In this document: positions 39,793 through 49,837 of the stretch, piece after piece
Layout: each line of letters opens with the position of its first letter
How positions within the stretch are numbered: position 1 is the first letter of the stretch
DNA from: a virus
Taxonomy: Duplodnaviria > Heunggongvirae > Uroviricota > Caudoviricetes
DNA length: 64,000 nucleotides
Virus record (IMG/VR): IMGVR_UViG_3300042009_000026
Location: 192,001-256,000 of that record
Strand: one strand, 5' to 3'
Program-made: the position numbers and the translations under genes
Notes under the pieces: model-generated
Seen by the model: the letters and a program-made list of their open reading frames with translations, nothing else
Database searches by the model: none
Told to the model about the DNA's origin: nothing

Positions 39793-41559
39793 ATGTCGTA
39801 CGAACAATTAGCGTCGTCGGTAGCTGCACTGGGTATAGTCAATACCGATTTAAAGAATACGGTACTCACAGTTAAAGACGAAGTAGAAGAAGCTCGTGAT
39901 CAAGCTCAACAAGCTGTATTAGACGCACAAGCGGTGGTTGCTGCTGGCTTAAGTGATCTGTCCGAAAATGGCGGGGATTTGGTTGGGTTCGTACAACCGA
40001 TGGGTCCACCCATGACTATCGGCGAATACCTATTACGTAATAAACTGATGTGCCTAACTGGGGACATGCTTCAAGCTTTCATTAATTTCGCTTCAACCAG
40101 CGGTGGGCGTGATGTGACTCTAGTACCTAACCTAGTCTATGAAATGGGACTAAGTCAACTAGAGATTAAACCAGGTGTTGAACTGAAAACAGACGTTGGT
40201 AATGCCATGTCGGTACAGCATGTGGTCACGAATAATCCACGTGGGTTGGCTACTTTGCGTTTTGGTGCGATCACCACAGATGCAGTATTAGTCAGATCTA
40301 CTGCATTTAATAACAGCCTGCATAGTTTTATTATTGATAACTCGCTACAGGTATCTGGGCATGGTATCCACTGTGATGATTCCGATGGTGTTCAACGGGT
40401 AGGTACCAAAATCCGTAACGTCTTTATTTTCAAACGAGGACTGGGTGCAGGCCTATGGGTTAAACCTGGACATAAAGAAGGTTCAGCTCATGAGGTCTTT
40501 GTTCGTAATGGAGTCGGCATAGCCACAGGTACTGATGCCGAAAAGCTCGCGCAGTTAGCCGGTGACGGTGAATACGGTGTGGTAATAGAATCTGTTGATT
40601 GGGATTCCAATCGCATCCTTTGCGGATTTGCTAAGAAGCGTAGTTTCTTTTATACCGGGGGAGCATGTCGTTTTCGGGATGTTGATGCCTGGGGCAGTCA
40701 AGACATCAATGTTGAATTGATGGGTAGTTCCATTACTATCGATCGTTTGCAAGTAGATGGTGCAGGTAATGGTGGGTTATTGGTTAATGGCGGCGATGAC
40801 GTTGTTATCAACAAATTAATCTCCATCAACAATTGCCTAACAGCCGCAACCCCGACAGACGATATCATTATTCGTGGTGAATGCCGTAGCCTTTCTTTTG
40901 ATCAAGTTCGTTTGCGTGGTAGTCTTGGGAATATCAGGTATGGTATTGCCATGGAAGATACTGCAACTGGTACAGGTAACATTGGTGATCTGAATTTTGC
41001 TTCATCCTATCTGGACGGTATGAATGACAGAGCCCGTGCCTATATCAACGTCTCGGCCACAACTAATGCACTGTCTCCTGCTCGTGGTCACAGCATGCAC
41101 ATTGAGCGCCTAACAGTAAACCCACTCTTTACTAAATGGGCCAATGGGTTGCCTGATGGATACACTATTCGTGGCAGTGCCGTACCAACACAAATCGTCC
41201 CAGCCGGGATGTCCACAGGGAAATATCTTTCCGGATGTCGTGTTGTTTCTGGTGCAGTAGGTGTTAGTGGTATCCAAACGATTCTAGATAAAGACAAATA
41301 TAAAGGTCGTCGGATTTATTGCGGCGGTTGGTTTAAAGGATCGGGTTTGACCTATCTCGGTAACCAGCGGATTCAACTTTTCGATGGCGTCAATACATTC
41401 GTGGAGATTATTCCCAATGACAATCAATGGCATTGGGTAGCAATCGATAAACAAATGGATATCAATGCAACCGATGTCCAGATTCGTTTGGTTGCCGCCA
41501 ATGATACCACAACGGGTCTAATGCTAGAAATGACAGCTGTCTACTCCTGGGCATATTAA
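39793..41559 (+). CDS. Tailspike/depolymerase, MSYE class, with C-terminal CBM-like domain
   Basis: MSYEQLASSV N-terminus, beta-helix, NPLF..W...PDGY...WHWV jelly-roll-like end. Confidence 0.75.
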   Translation: MSYEQLASSVAALGIVNTDLKNTVLTVKDEVEEARDQAQQAVLDAQAVVAAGLSDLSENGGDLVGFVQPMGPPMTIGEYLLRNKLMCLTGDMLQAFINFASTSGGRDVTLVPNLVYEMGLSQLEIKPGVELKTDVGNAMSVQHVVTNNPRGLATLRFGAITTDAVLVRSTAFNNSLHSFIIDNSLQVSGHGIHCDDSDGVQRVGTKIRNVFIFKRGLGAGLWVKPGHKEGSAHEVFVRNGVGIATGTDAEKLAQLAGDGEYGVVIESVDWDSNRILCGFAKKRSFFYTGGACRFRDVDAWGSQDINVELMGSSITIDRLQVDGAGNGGLLVNGGDDVVINKLISINNCLTAATPTDDIIIRGECRSLSFDQVRLRGSLGNIRYGIAMEDTATGTGNIGDLNFASSYLDGMNDRARAYINVSATTNALSPARGHSMHIERLTVNPLFTKWANGLPDGYTIRGSAVPTQIVPAGMSTGKYLSGCRVVSGAVGVSGIQTILDKDKYKGRRIYCGGWFKGSGLTYLGNQRIQLFDGVNTFVEIIPNDNQWHWVAIDKQMDINATDVQIRLVAANDTTTGLMLEMTAVYSWAY

Positions 41560-41631
41560 TACCACCCAATAAGACCCAGGTTGAATTAATCATGGATACA
41601 CCTTCTAAAGACTTGTCCGATCGGAGGACCT

Positions 41632-44289
41632 ATGTCATATGAACAATTAGCTCAAGCGGTGACAGAACTGTCTGCCAGTAACACCGCTTTAAAAGAGCAA
41701 GCCGCAGCGGTACTTGATGCCGCTGATGTTGCTTTAGCTGCTGCAGCAGCAAGAACAAAAGTAAACGTAGCCTACCCGTTCACATATGTAGCAGGGCAAG
41801 CGCAATATGACGTTGAAGTAATCTCCGGTGATAATTCAGTCACTACAGCTGGTTTGTCACTATGGGTCGAAGGGGCTATCGAATACGCCTTTACTGTTGA
41901 CACGATGAAAAAGTTCACTCTGTTGAATCCAGAAGTTTATTCTGACGGGCAACAGATGCGGATCATCGTCAATGCACGTTATGACCACATGTTTGATCAG
42001 CTCGATAATTTGTACACCGTCGAGAAAACCAAACGTTCCCAAGACTACCTAACTTACTTAGAAGCAATGGGTTTGGAAACAGAGATCCCATATGCAGCAG
42101 GGATTGATGTGGTACGTACCACACAAGTAGTACGGTACTTAGACGTTAACTATCGTCCATTGCGGGCAGCATTGCCTTTCACCACCAGTACTTGGGTAGA
42201 AGACCAAAGTAAATTGGTACAAGCTGAAGACATTACGTTACGTCAATTCTTGTATGGCCCGCAAGGTTCAGAAGTCTTAGGGTTTACGCGTAGCTCATTG
42301 GCCACAGCCACAGGCACCGTCAATAGAATGTTGTCGGCTCAACCATACAACATCTACGAATTTTCTGATGCCGTTGTTGATCGCCCTGATCTAAATGACC
42401 CCGATACTTGGGATTGGACACCAGCAATAGCCAAAGCCTTTACGGACATTCCGTTGGGTGGAGAGCTAGTATTTACTCCAGGTGTATATCGTTCTTCTGG
42501 TGCTACTCGTATTGGCGCACTGCGTATGTATGCGGGTGGCAATGTTACGTTCTTGCAGATCGCTAACGCACCGACCGTCACACTGAAAGGTCGCTTGGAC
42601 GATATCATCAGTGTTACTACGACTGAAGCTTCGTCATATGACTTCAGTGGTGAAGGCGCAGCAACAGCCTGTACTAAATTGTCCTTTGCTGCAACACCTA
42701 CATGGGTAGTAGGGGATATAATTAAGATTGTAGCAGATGATGTCTTGTTCGGTTCGGCTAACACTGAGCAACGGACAGGTGAGTTCGGTTTCGTAGGTGC
42801 AGTAGTAGACAACGACGTATGGATCACACACTTGCTGCGTGACCCTTATACACTCAATGTTCGAGCTCGTCGTCAAGTCGATGACATGATCGGGCTGTAT
42901 GGATTTACTTTCGATACCTTGGATACGGGTAATGCCAACGGGTGGAACTCCGATCTATTGCAAGTTGTAAACGGTCAAAACTGTGAATTTGAAAACCTGA
43001 CTGCTGAATTCGGTTATGGTATCTTCATGAACTTGCAGAGTATTTTCCGATACAAAGCCAAAGGAATCATGGTCCGTCGGTTAATCAATGATCCTGTTTC
43101 ACAACGGTACGGTTACGGCATCTCGGATAAATCTTGTGCTTTTGGTGTAGTGACTATGTCACACTTCATGGGCTGTCGTCACGGCTATACCACTGGTACT
43201 AGTCGTGTACCAATTGCTGGTAGTGAAGATACCCATCGCTATGGTCGAACCTATGCGACTAAGGTCAGTGACTCTACGGGTATGGGTTGTACTAATGCCC
43301 CCTTCGATGCACACGAACTAGCTGACTCCATTGAGTTCCACAACTGTACAGCACACTCTGGTGTACGTGGTCCACAAAGCAGTGGTGCTGGTTTCCAAAT
43401 GCGTGGTCGTAATGGTGTATTCCATGGGTGTATTGCTTCTCAGATGCGCGTAGGTTTCTCGTTTATCTCGACCTATGCTAATGAGACCAGTAACGTTACT
43501 TTGATCAACTGCGAAGCACGAGGAGTGACTTCACAAGCGGTCATTAACTCTGGTGCTGCTGGGCGCACCATTGACAAGGTAACTATCAAAGGTGGTAAGT
43601 TCAGTTCGATCACTCAGTCGAACCTGTTGTGGATCGATCATCTGATCCTGGACAACCCGACCTTTATAGTACCAGCTGAGTCAGGGGACTATTCCAAATG
43701 CTTGGCCTTTGGGCGTGGTCGTGTAACAGGTACTGTCACTTTTGACCTTTCAAATGTAGACCCTACGTTGACTAACGTACGGTGCTGGTCGATCACCAGT
43801 GCGTTCACTAACATTGATATTGCTGACATGCGTATCATCGGTGCACCCGCTAGTGTGACTTCACAAGCAATCTGCGAAGGACAATTGATCGATCCTGCGT
43901 ACAAGGTGACCTTCCGTAAAGTAGAAGTTGACCGACATACCGAAGGGACTAAAAGTGGACAAACCACAATCGCCTACCGGTATATCAATAGTCAAGAAGG
44001 TACTACCAGTAATTTCATTACTCGGGTATTGACTGCTTCTGGACAATTTGTATCCACTGGTACATTGTACGGTGACATTACACTGAAGCTGTCTGGTGGG
44101 CCATACACTTTGGCAACCCCTGATGCTGGTAAACATGCTGGGCAACGCATGATCATTATCAATGCCGGCACAGCAATCTTGACTATGCCTGCAGGTGGTA
44201 CAACTAACCTTACTGCTAGTCGTGCGATTGCAGCAGGTTCTGCATTGGTCCTGGTGTGGGATGGAACCATCTGGCTCGTTGCCAGTTAA
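41632..44289 (+). CDS. Tailspike/depolymerase, MSYE class
   Basis: MSYEQLAQAV N-terminus, YAAG...LPFTT..W tailspike N-domain, WDWTPA cap, beta-helix. Confidence 0.8.
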   Translation: MSYEQLAQAVTELSASNTALKEQAAAVLDAADVALAAAAARTKVNVAYPFTYVAGQAQYDVEVISGDNSVTTAGLSLWVEGAIEYAFTVDTMKKFTLLNPEVYSDGQQMRIIVNARYDHMFDQLDNLYTVEKTKRSQDYLTYLEAMGLETEIPYAAGIDVVRTTQVVRYLDVNYRPLRAALPFTTSTWVEDQSKLVQAEDITLRQFLYGPQGSEVLGFTRSSLATATGTVNRMLSAQPYNIYEFSDAVVDRPDLNDPDTWDWTPAIAKAFTDIPLGGELVFTPGVYRSSGATRIGALRMYAGGNVTFLQIANAPTVTLKGRLDDIISVTTTEASSYDFSGEGAATACTKLSFAATPTWVVGDIIKIVADDVLFGSANTEQRTGEFGFVGAVVDNDVWITHLLRDPYTLNVRARRQVDDMIGLYGFTFDTLDTGNANGWNSDLLQVVNGQNCEFENLTAEFGYGIFMNLQSIFRYKAKGIMVRRLINDPVSQRYGYGISDKSCAFGVVTMSHFMGCRHGYTTGTSRVPIAGSEDTHRYGRTYATKVSDSTGMGCTNAPFDAHELADSIEFHNCTAHSGVRGPQSSGAGFQMRGRNGVFHGCIASQMRVGFSFISTYANETSNVTLINCEARGVTSQAVINSGAAGRTIDKVTIKGGKFSSITQSNLLWIDHLILDNPTFIVPAESGDYSKCLAFGRGRVTGTVTFDLSNVDPTLTNVRCWSITSAFTNIDIADMRIIGAPASVTSQAICEGQLIDPAYKVTFRKVEVDRHTEGTKSGQTTIAYRYINSQEGTTSNFITRVLTASGQFVSTGTLYGDITLKLSGGPYTLATPDAGKHAGQRMIIINAGTAILTMPAGGTTNLTASRAIAAGSALVLVWDGTIWLVAS

Positions 44290-44334
44290 TGAATACCAAG
44301 GGCTTTGCATAAGAGCCCTTATACGGAGGTTTGT

Positions 44335-46671
44335 ATGAGTGTTGGTCTACTCACTAAGTTAGCAAAAATAGTTCCTAACCTACTTAAGTTGGTTACCACT
44401 GATGGTGCCAGTGAAATCGGTAGTCCGTCTGGAGTAAACTTAGCTTCAGCTAAAGTCTCTCTTCAGAACATGGCTGCTCTTTTGGTATTGCCAAAACCAG
44501 TGGTAGCAACAGGACGGACATTGGTTGTCTATGTAGCTGGCTACTATGAACAAGGTGATGGCGGAGAAGGCGATTGGTACTGGGCTAGTAACAGCAATGA
44601 AGTACATGATGCCGCCATGGTAGTCAATCCACCGGGTAACGAAGGCGCAGGACGTTGGAAACGAGTCTTAACCGACGAAGTACGGCCTGAATTCTTCGGT
44701 GCTGTTGGTAACTACAGTTGGGATACCAAGCAAGGTACTTTGAATACAGAGGCATTACAAGCGTCACTGTGTTGGTGTAACCGTAAAGGTTCGATCCTAC
44801 GTCCGATGGCTGGTCGTAAATACCTGACCGATACACTGCGTCTACATTACGATGCTGTGTTAAACCCTAATTGGCCTGGTCGTAGTGGCCGAGTCAGTAT
44901 CTTGGGTCATGGTAACGGTCATGCGACTGGTGCACTGGAAGAACCAGGTACTGCCTTTGTGCACATCAATGGATCTAACACACCGCTTATTGAACTCAAA
45001 GGTCTTTTCTCCATTGAGAATCCAACTGGCATGGGTGGTTATTTTTCTTTGATGAACTTCAACCTTGTAGGCGGCACACACAGTGCCGATGTACTACGTT
45101 TACAAGGTGCGCAAGGTAGTATCTTCCTACAGAACTACACTGTTAAAGTACAGAACCCTGCAGGTAATGGTATCGTAGAATCGACTACTTGGGAAACTAC
45201 GCATATTAACGGATTGATCCGTGGTGGTGCATCAGGTACCGGTACATGGACAGGCGTCGGCCTAGATATCACAACTGATGGTTCGTTTGGTCAGACCAAC
45301 ATGAAGTGCTATACTAACGTCGATTGTTACAAAATGGGTTATGGTATCCGTATTGGTCGTCGTGGTGCAGTGCAGGGTACATTCGGTCCACTGGTCTTCA
45401 TTGGCGGCCAAACCTCGCTGGCTGATCAGCATGGCTTGTGGTTAGATGGTGGTGTTATTTCTTTCACTTCTATCGGCCAACAATTCGAAGGTTGTCAGAG
45501 GAATGCCATCAAAATTAGCCGTGAATATGAACCAGGTCTGTTAGCTACGGATATAGTGCGTAATGTTAAGTTCTCGCAGAACTACATCACTGGATCTGGT
45601 TTGGTTGAAGATGGTTCATATGACAGCTATGCGATTCATGTCCAAGATGGTGATTCTATTACCTTCGAAGGGATGACCTTCAACACAATGGGTAGTGGCC
45701 TTGCGTACAACGCTGAACTAGTAACCAATTTGCACATCATCCGTCCATTGATCCGTACTGTTCGCGAATACGGGGCTACATCAGGAACGGGTTTCCATTC
45801 GTATGGCGCAGCGCCAGCTATTCAAAAGTTCGAATGTACTGATGCTGTATTCAATCAGAACCCACTAATACAGTTCAACGCTGCGGCAATTGAACAGTTC
45901 TCACGCTATGCAGCAGGTGGTTATCTCAGTAATGCTGGTCAAACAACGCCAACAGTTTCTATGGGCGGTGCTTGGGCATCAGATTCGATTGATAACATGA
46001 ACTTCAATAACTCAGAACCACTGACAGTGACTAACATTCTGGGTGGACGAACTAAACAAGTACTGAGACTTTCGTTCTCAAATACCTTGACCACTATCGC
46101 CAGTAATGGTAACATCTATTTGCAAGATGGGCGAGACTTTACACCTAAGTCTTCCAAGTCGTCATTAACTCTCCAGTTTGACGGTGCAGTTTGGGTTGAA
46201 CAGGGTCGTAGCAATGGCTCTGAACTAAGAACCATCGTATTGGAAACTAGTGCTGTAGCACGACCACACCCAGGTACAATCACTACGGAACATACTTTCG
46301 TTACAGTAAACATCCCACCTGGTCTACTTGGTCTTAATGGTATCGTTGAAGTTGACGCGGTATTTAGTTATAGTAACAACGCTAATACCAAGACAATGAA
46401 GTATAAGTTCGGTGGAGGTTCATTCTTTTCGACTACTGCCACTGCTACGTCTTCTGCTGCATTTATTAAGAGACTCCAAAACAGAGGTGTCGCTAATAGT
46501 CAACTGGGTGAAGCTGCTAGTAGCCAAGTACAAGGGGGCACTAACGCTAACGCGCCGTACACAGCTGCTATCGATACAACGGCAACGGTGGCTGTAGCTA
46601 TTGTAGGTCAGTTAGCGGTAGGCACTGATACAATGACACTCGAACGATACACTGTCAGGGTTATTGTGTAA
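44335..46671 (+). CDS. Tailspike/depolymerase, LTKLAK class
   Basis: ATG after GGAGG. GYY..GDGG.G.W.W...GRWKR module, PEFFGAVG cap, beta-helix. Confidence 0.8.
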   Translation: MSVGLLTKLAKIVPNLLKLVTTDGASEIGSPSGVNLASAKVSLQNMAALLVLPKPVVATGRTLVVYVAGYYEQGDGGEGDWYWASNSNEVHDAAMVVNPPGNEGAGRWKRVLTDEVRPEFFGAVGNYSWDTKQGTLNTEALQASLCWCNRKGSILRPMAGRKYLTDTLRLHYDAVLNPNWPGRSGRVSILGHGNGHATGALEEPGTAFVHINGSNTPLIELKGLFSIENPTGMGGYFSLMNFNLVGGTHSADVLRLQGAQGSIFLQNYTVKVQNPAGNGIVESTTWETTHINGLIRGGASGTGTWTGVGLDITTDGSFGQTNMKCYTNVDCYKMGYGIRIGRRGAVQGTFGPLVFIGGQTSLADQHGLWLDGGVISFTSIGQQFEGCQRNAIKISREYEPGLLATDIVRNVKFSQNYITGSGLVEDGSYDSYAIHVQDGDSITFEGMTFNTMGSGLAYNAELVTNLHIIRPLIRTVREYGATSGTGFHSYGAAPAIQKFECTDAVFNQNPLIQFNAAAIEQFSRYAAGGYLSNAGQTTPTVSMGGAWASDSIDNMNFNNSEPLTVTNILGGRTKQVLRLSFSNTLTTIASNGNIYLQDGRDFTPKSSKSSLTLQFDGAVWVEQGRSNGSELRTIVLETSAVARPHPGTITTEHTFVTVNIPPGLLGLNGIVEVDAVFSYSNNANTKTMKYKFGGGSFFSTTATATSSAAFIKRLQNRGVANSQLGEAASSQVQGGTNANAPYTAAIDTTATVAVAIVGQLAVGTDTMTLERYTVRVIV

Positions 46672-46729
46672 TATTAAGGGAGGGCATAAACCTCCCCCTA
46701 ACCCCCCTAATAAATTTTGAGGTAAACGT

Positions 46730-48559
46730 ATGTCAATTGGTGCTTTAACTAAGTTGGCAAAGCTTGTGCCCAATCTGCTATCTTTGATGGGGATGAATGG
46801 CGCACAAGAAATTAAATACAATGGTCGATCTGTAGCAGCTCGCTTAGACGAATCCCCTAGCTTAACTGATTTCTGGCGTGAAGGTGATGGTGAGGATTGG
46901 CAACCAGCTTTTTCTCGAATAGTGGCGGCAGGTAAGCGTTCAGTTATTGTTCCCAGTGGTAGCTATGGGTTAGGTTCAACAGCATTCTTGCCTGCTGGTT
47001 TCTGGGTCGACTGTGAATCACGCAACGTGACCTTCTTTCATTTGGATACTGGTTCATTCGTAGATGGGTGTCTGTTCATGATCAACACCACGAATGGCAT
47101 TACTTGGTCTACACCATATCCGAATATGAACACGGGTGGGTTTCAGCGATGTAATTTCACCAATCCCCATGGCGTAAATCCTGCTAAGGGTATTAAGTGT
47201 TTTGGTTCAGGGAAGTTCGAACAACTAAAGTTCAATGGGTTAACCCAGAGCATCATGCGTCCGACTGGTTTCTACACAGACAGCTTTCATCTGAGTGATA
47301 TTATTGCTGAGAATCCTCAAGGCAATGAATCGTATCAGTTTGATATCTTAGGGCTTGGTGACGGGTTCATCGCCAAGAATATCCATTGTCCTTATACCGT
47401 GGCCACTGCACAGTCCATGAAAGCTATGCGCTTACGTGGTATTCAAGGCGGAACAGTAGAGGCTTGTATTGGTGGGGATTATCTAGTTGAGCTGTGTGGT
47501 AACATCAACTTCGTTGGCGGACACTTTGAACGTGCACAACATATTTACGATTCGTCTGATGTAACAGTGGATAGTCAGTTCCTTCCAGACACACGTATTC
47601 CGATTATCACCCAAGGTACTTTTGCTTCATCTTCAAATGAATCCAGATTTACTGTTAAGCTTCAGAATACACGCTTCAGGAATGTCGAAGGTCTTATGGA
47701 GTGGACTGGTTTCCATGTACAGCAAGGAGACTCTGTTTCTTTGATTGTGGATAACGCAGTACATCAATGGACAGTGCAAGGCGATTTCCAACGTGATCAA
47801 CAGGCCGGTATCCGTCTCTGTCAAGCGGATGGTATAACTCCTATTCCGAGCTTCAACAATTATTCATATCTGACTTCTCGTAAGAGCATAGTAGATATTC
47901 CTAACATCGTTTCTTTGAATCACGGTGTACGGATGGCTGATGCATCATTCCAAGGAATTGCATCATCTCGAGTAGAAGCCGTGGGTACTCGTTCGACAGG
48001 GGTGAACCAATGGAAAGCAGCGGTTGGCACTTATTACTACAATGTACAAGTGCTCTATGATGCTGGTCGTGCTATTGGACGCAATCCGGTTAATGCTGAA
48101 GCCAGCCTCATTGCTGCATTAGACAAAATGAATGTGCTCAACGTAGGTTTTGCAACTTCACCACGTAATGGGATCATTCGACTCTACCGTGGTACTGCGG
48201 CGGGATCATATACGCACTATGTGGATATCCATTCATTAGGCAGTACATTTATGTTTGATAATGGTGTAGCCGTTAATGGTGTACCGTGGTTAACACGTAC
48301 CGCTGGTGCGATGAACACCATCAACAGTATGGGTAGTTTTATTCGTTTCACTGGTAGCCGAATAAAGCTGGCGTCTGATGCTTTGCCTGGGAATGCTGGT
48401 TCCTTTATCCAAGGGGATCTAGTGGAACGTACTGATGGTGTTATTGATGCTAACTCCATGCTCCTTACCGGGCATAAACGATTAACCACTGGCTCCGGTG
48501 GAGTAATAGGCACCGACTGGGCTTATCTGAGACAGAGTCATGTTTCACCAGCAGTGTAA
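46730..48559 (+). CDS. Tailspike/depolymerase, LTKLAK class
   Basis: MSIGALTKLAKLVPNLL N-terminus, DW.PAF...VP.G.Y cap, beta-helix. Confidence 0.75.
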   Translation: MSIGALTKLAKLVPNLLSLMGMNGAQEIKYNGRSVAARLDESPSLTDFWREGDGEDWQPAFSRIVAAGKRSVIVPSGSYGLGSTAFLPAGFWVDCESRNVTFFHLDTGSFVDGCLFMINTTNGITWSTPYPNMNTGGFQRCNFTNPHGVNPAKGIKCFGSGKFEQLKFNGLTQSIMRPTGFYTDSFHLSDIIAENPQGNESYQFDILGLGDGFIAKNIHCPYTVATAQSMKAMRLRGIQGGTVEACIGGDYLVELCGNINFVGGHFERAQHIYDSSDVTVDSQFLPDTRIPIITQGTFASSSNESRFTVKLQNTRFRNVEGLMEWTGFHVQQGDSVSLIVDNAVHQWTVQGDFQRDQQAGIRLCQADGITPIPSFNNYSYLTSRKSIVDIPNIVSLNHGVRMADASFQGIASSRVEAVGTRSTGVNQWKAAVGTYYYNVQVLYDAGRAIGRNPVNAEASLIAALDKMNVLNVGFATSPRNGIIRLYRGTAAGSYTHYVDIHSLGSTFMFDNGVAVNGVPWLTRTAGAMNTINSMGSFIRFTGSRIKLASDALPGNAGSFIQGDLVERTDGVIDANSMLLTGHKRLTTGSGGVIGTDWAYLRQSHVSPAV

Positions 48560-48567
48560 CATGAACA

Positions 48568-48579
48568 GTAATTTTATGT
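48568..48579 (+). promoter_or_regulatory. Late (non-virion RNAP) promoter candidate, TATG
   Basis: Intergenic GTAATTTTATGT, identical to 63141-63152; TATG is the phiKZ late consensus. Confidence 0.5.
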
Positions 48580-48596
48580 AACAAAAGGATTCCGCT

Positions 48597-49196
48597 ATGA
48601 GCACTGAAACAGTACCAAACAAAAATATGCTTTCCGGTATGGAGTCTCTGCTCACACTGAGTGGCGATGAACTTGTGGAAGTGGTAAAGCTTATGCCTGA
48701 TGGTTCGTATAAGAACTATCGCACATTTGCTTCTAAACTCCGTGTAGGTAAAACTGCATTTGACATCGCCGTGGAGAATGGCTTTGTCGGTACAGAGGCC
48801 GAATGGCTTGCAACATTAGTAGGCGAATCCGCTTACGAGACAGCTGTTCGTTTAGGCGAGTTTGTGGGTACTGAAACCGAATGGGTTCAGTCTATGGCTC
48901 CTCTGTATGAACACAACGTTGAATCGAGTGGCCAAGCTTTGGTTGCTGGTGTAGACGGTATCGGTGCATGGACGCAACTCACTGGTGCGCACGTTGGCTT
49001 GGATAAAGTCGACAATACTACGGACATGGAAAAGCCGGTATCCGATCCACAACAAACTGAGTTCGCTCGGTATCTGTTGCGGTCTCGGACAACTACTGAA
49101 GTAATGAAGGTGCTATTGGCACTTCCAGGCATTCGGTATACAGAGGACATGACTGACATCATCTTTGATGAAGGTGTTGTGGCAGTTACCCCTTAA
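48597..49196 (+). CDS. Short fibre/adaptor protein, MLSGME class
   Basis: MLSGME module, two SAY/GF.GTE repeats, VGLDKVDNT.D..KPVS repeat. Confidence 0.75.
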   Translation: MSTETVPNKNMLSGMESLLTLSGDELVEVVKLMPDGSYKNYRTFASKLRVGKTAFDIAVENGFVGTEAEWLATLVGESAYETAVRLGEFVGTETEWVQSMAPLYEHNVESSGQALVAGVDGIGAWTQLTGAHVGLDKVDNTTDMEKPVSDPQQTEFARYLLRSRTTTEVMKVLLALPGIRYTEDMTDIIFDEGVVAVTP

Positions 49197-49224
49197 TTGT
49201 AATACATAGAAGGAACGAACGACA

Positions 49225-49707
49225 ATGATCATCCAAATTAAACGTGGCGTCACAGCAGTAGCAGCAACATGGGTAGGCGTTGAAGGCTCGCTCTTCATCG
49301 ACTTAACTACTAAACTGGTTTACGTGCATGATGGTGTCACAGTTGGTGGTACATTAGTAAGTGGTCTCAGTCAAGCTGCTATTAATCAACTGATTGATAC
49401 TAAGCTAGATGCGCAAACATTGGCTATTGCTGATATCACTGGACTGGAAACTGCTCTAGCCGATACTCTGAAAACTGCAGATATCGGTAACACAGTAGCT
49501 TCCCTGGTCGGTGGCAAGGTGCCTGTTGGACAACTCCCTGATCCAGTTGTGGTTCCGGTTAAAGCAACTGGGGCTGAGCTGATCACTGGTACAGACGACA
49601 CTAAGTTTGCTACGGCAGCTTCATTGTTATTGTTACTTGCCGATATTGGTTTTACCAAAGATGGCAACGGCGAATGGCATCTGGAATCAGGTGTTGTAAC
49701 ACCATAA
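49225..49707 (+). CDS. Short fibre protein with IQIKRG (Mtd-N/hyaluronidase-N-like) domain
   Basis: IQIKRG...G.LFID......VHDG.T.GG, IADITGLETAL and GKVP..QLP fibre motifs. Confidence 0.7.
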   Translation: MIIQIKRGVTAVAATWVGVEGSLFIDLTTKLVYVHDGVTVGGTLVSGLSQAAINQLIDTKLDAQTLAIADITGLETALADTLKTADIGNTVASLVGGKVPVGQLPDPVVVPVKATGAELITGTDDTKFATAASLLLLLADIGFTKDGNGEWHLESGVVTP

Positions 49708-49710
49708 AAA

Positions 49711-49740
49711 CATACGGGAACCTTAGGGTTTCCTTATGCC
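49711..49740 (+). terminator. Hairpin with CATA/TATG flanks
   Basis: GGGAACC-ttag-GGTTTCC. Confidence 0.55.
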
Positions 49741-49837
49741 GTCTCAGTATTTTTTAACCTACTGTATGAGTCTTATTTAAGTTTTAGTAAGGCGTCCAGT
49801 TTATTTTACTAAGACTCTCTTTAAAGGAAACATCGCG

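Noticed and set aside
49194-49800. Readthrough after other Pro-stop ends (49196, 49707)
   Set aside because: Both are TAA stops. The downstream frames close at once or encode no recognisable motif.
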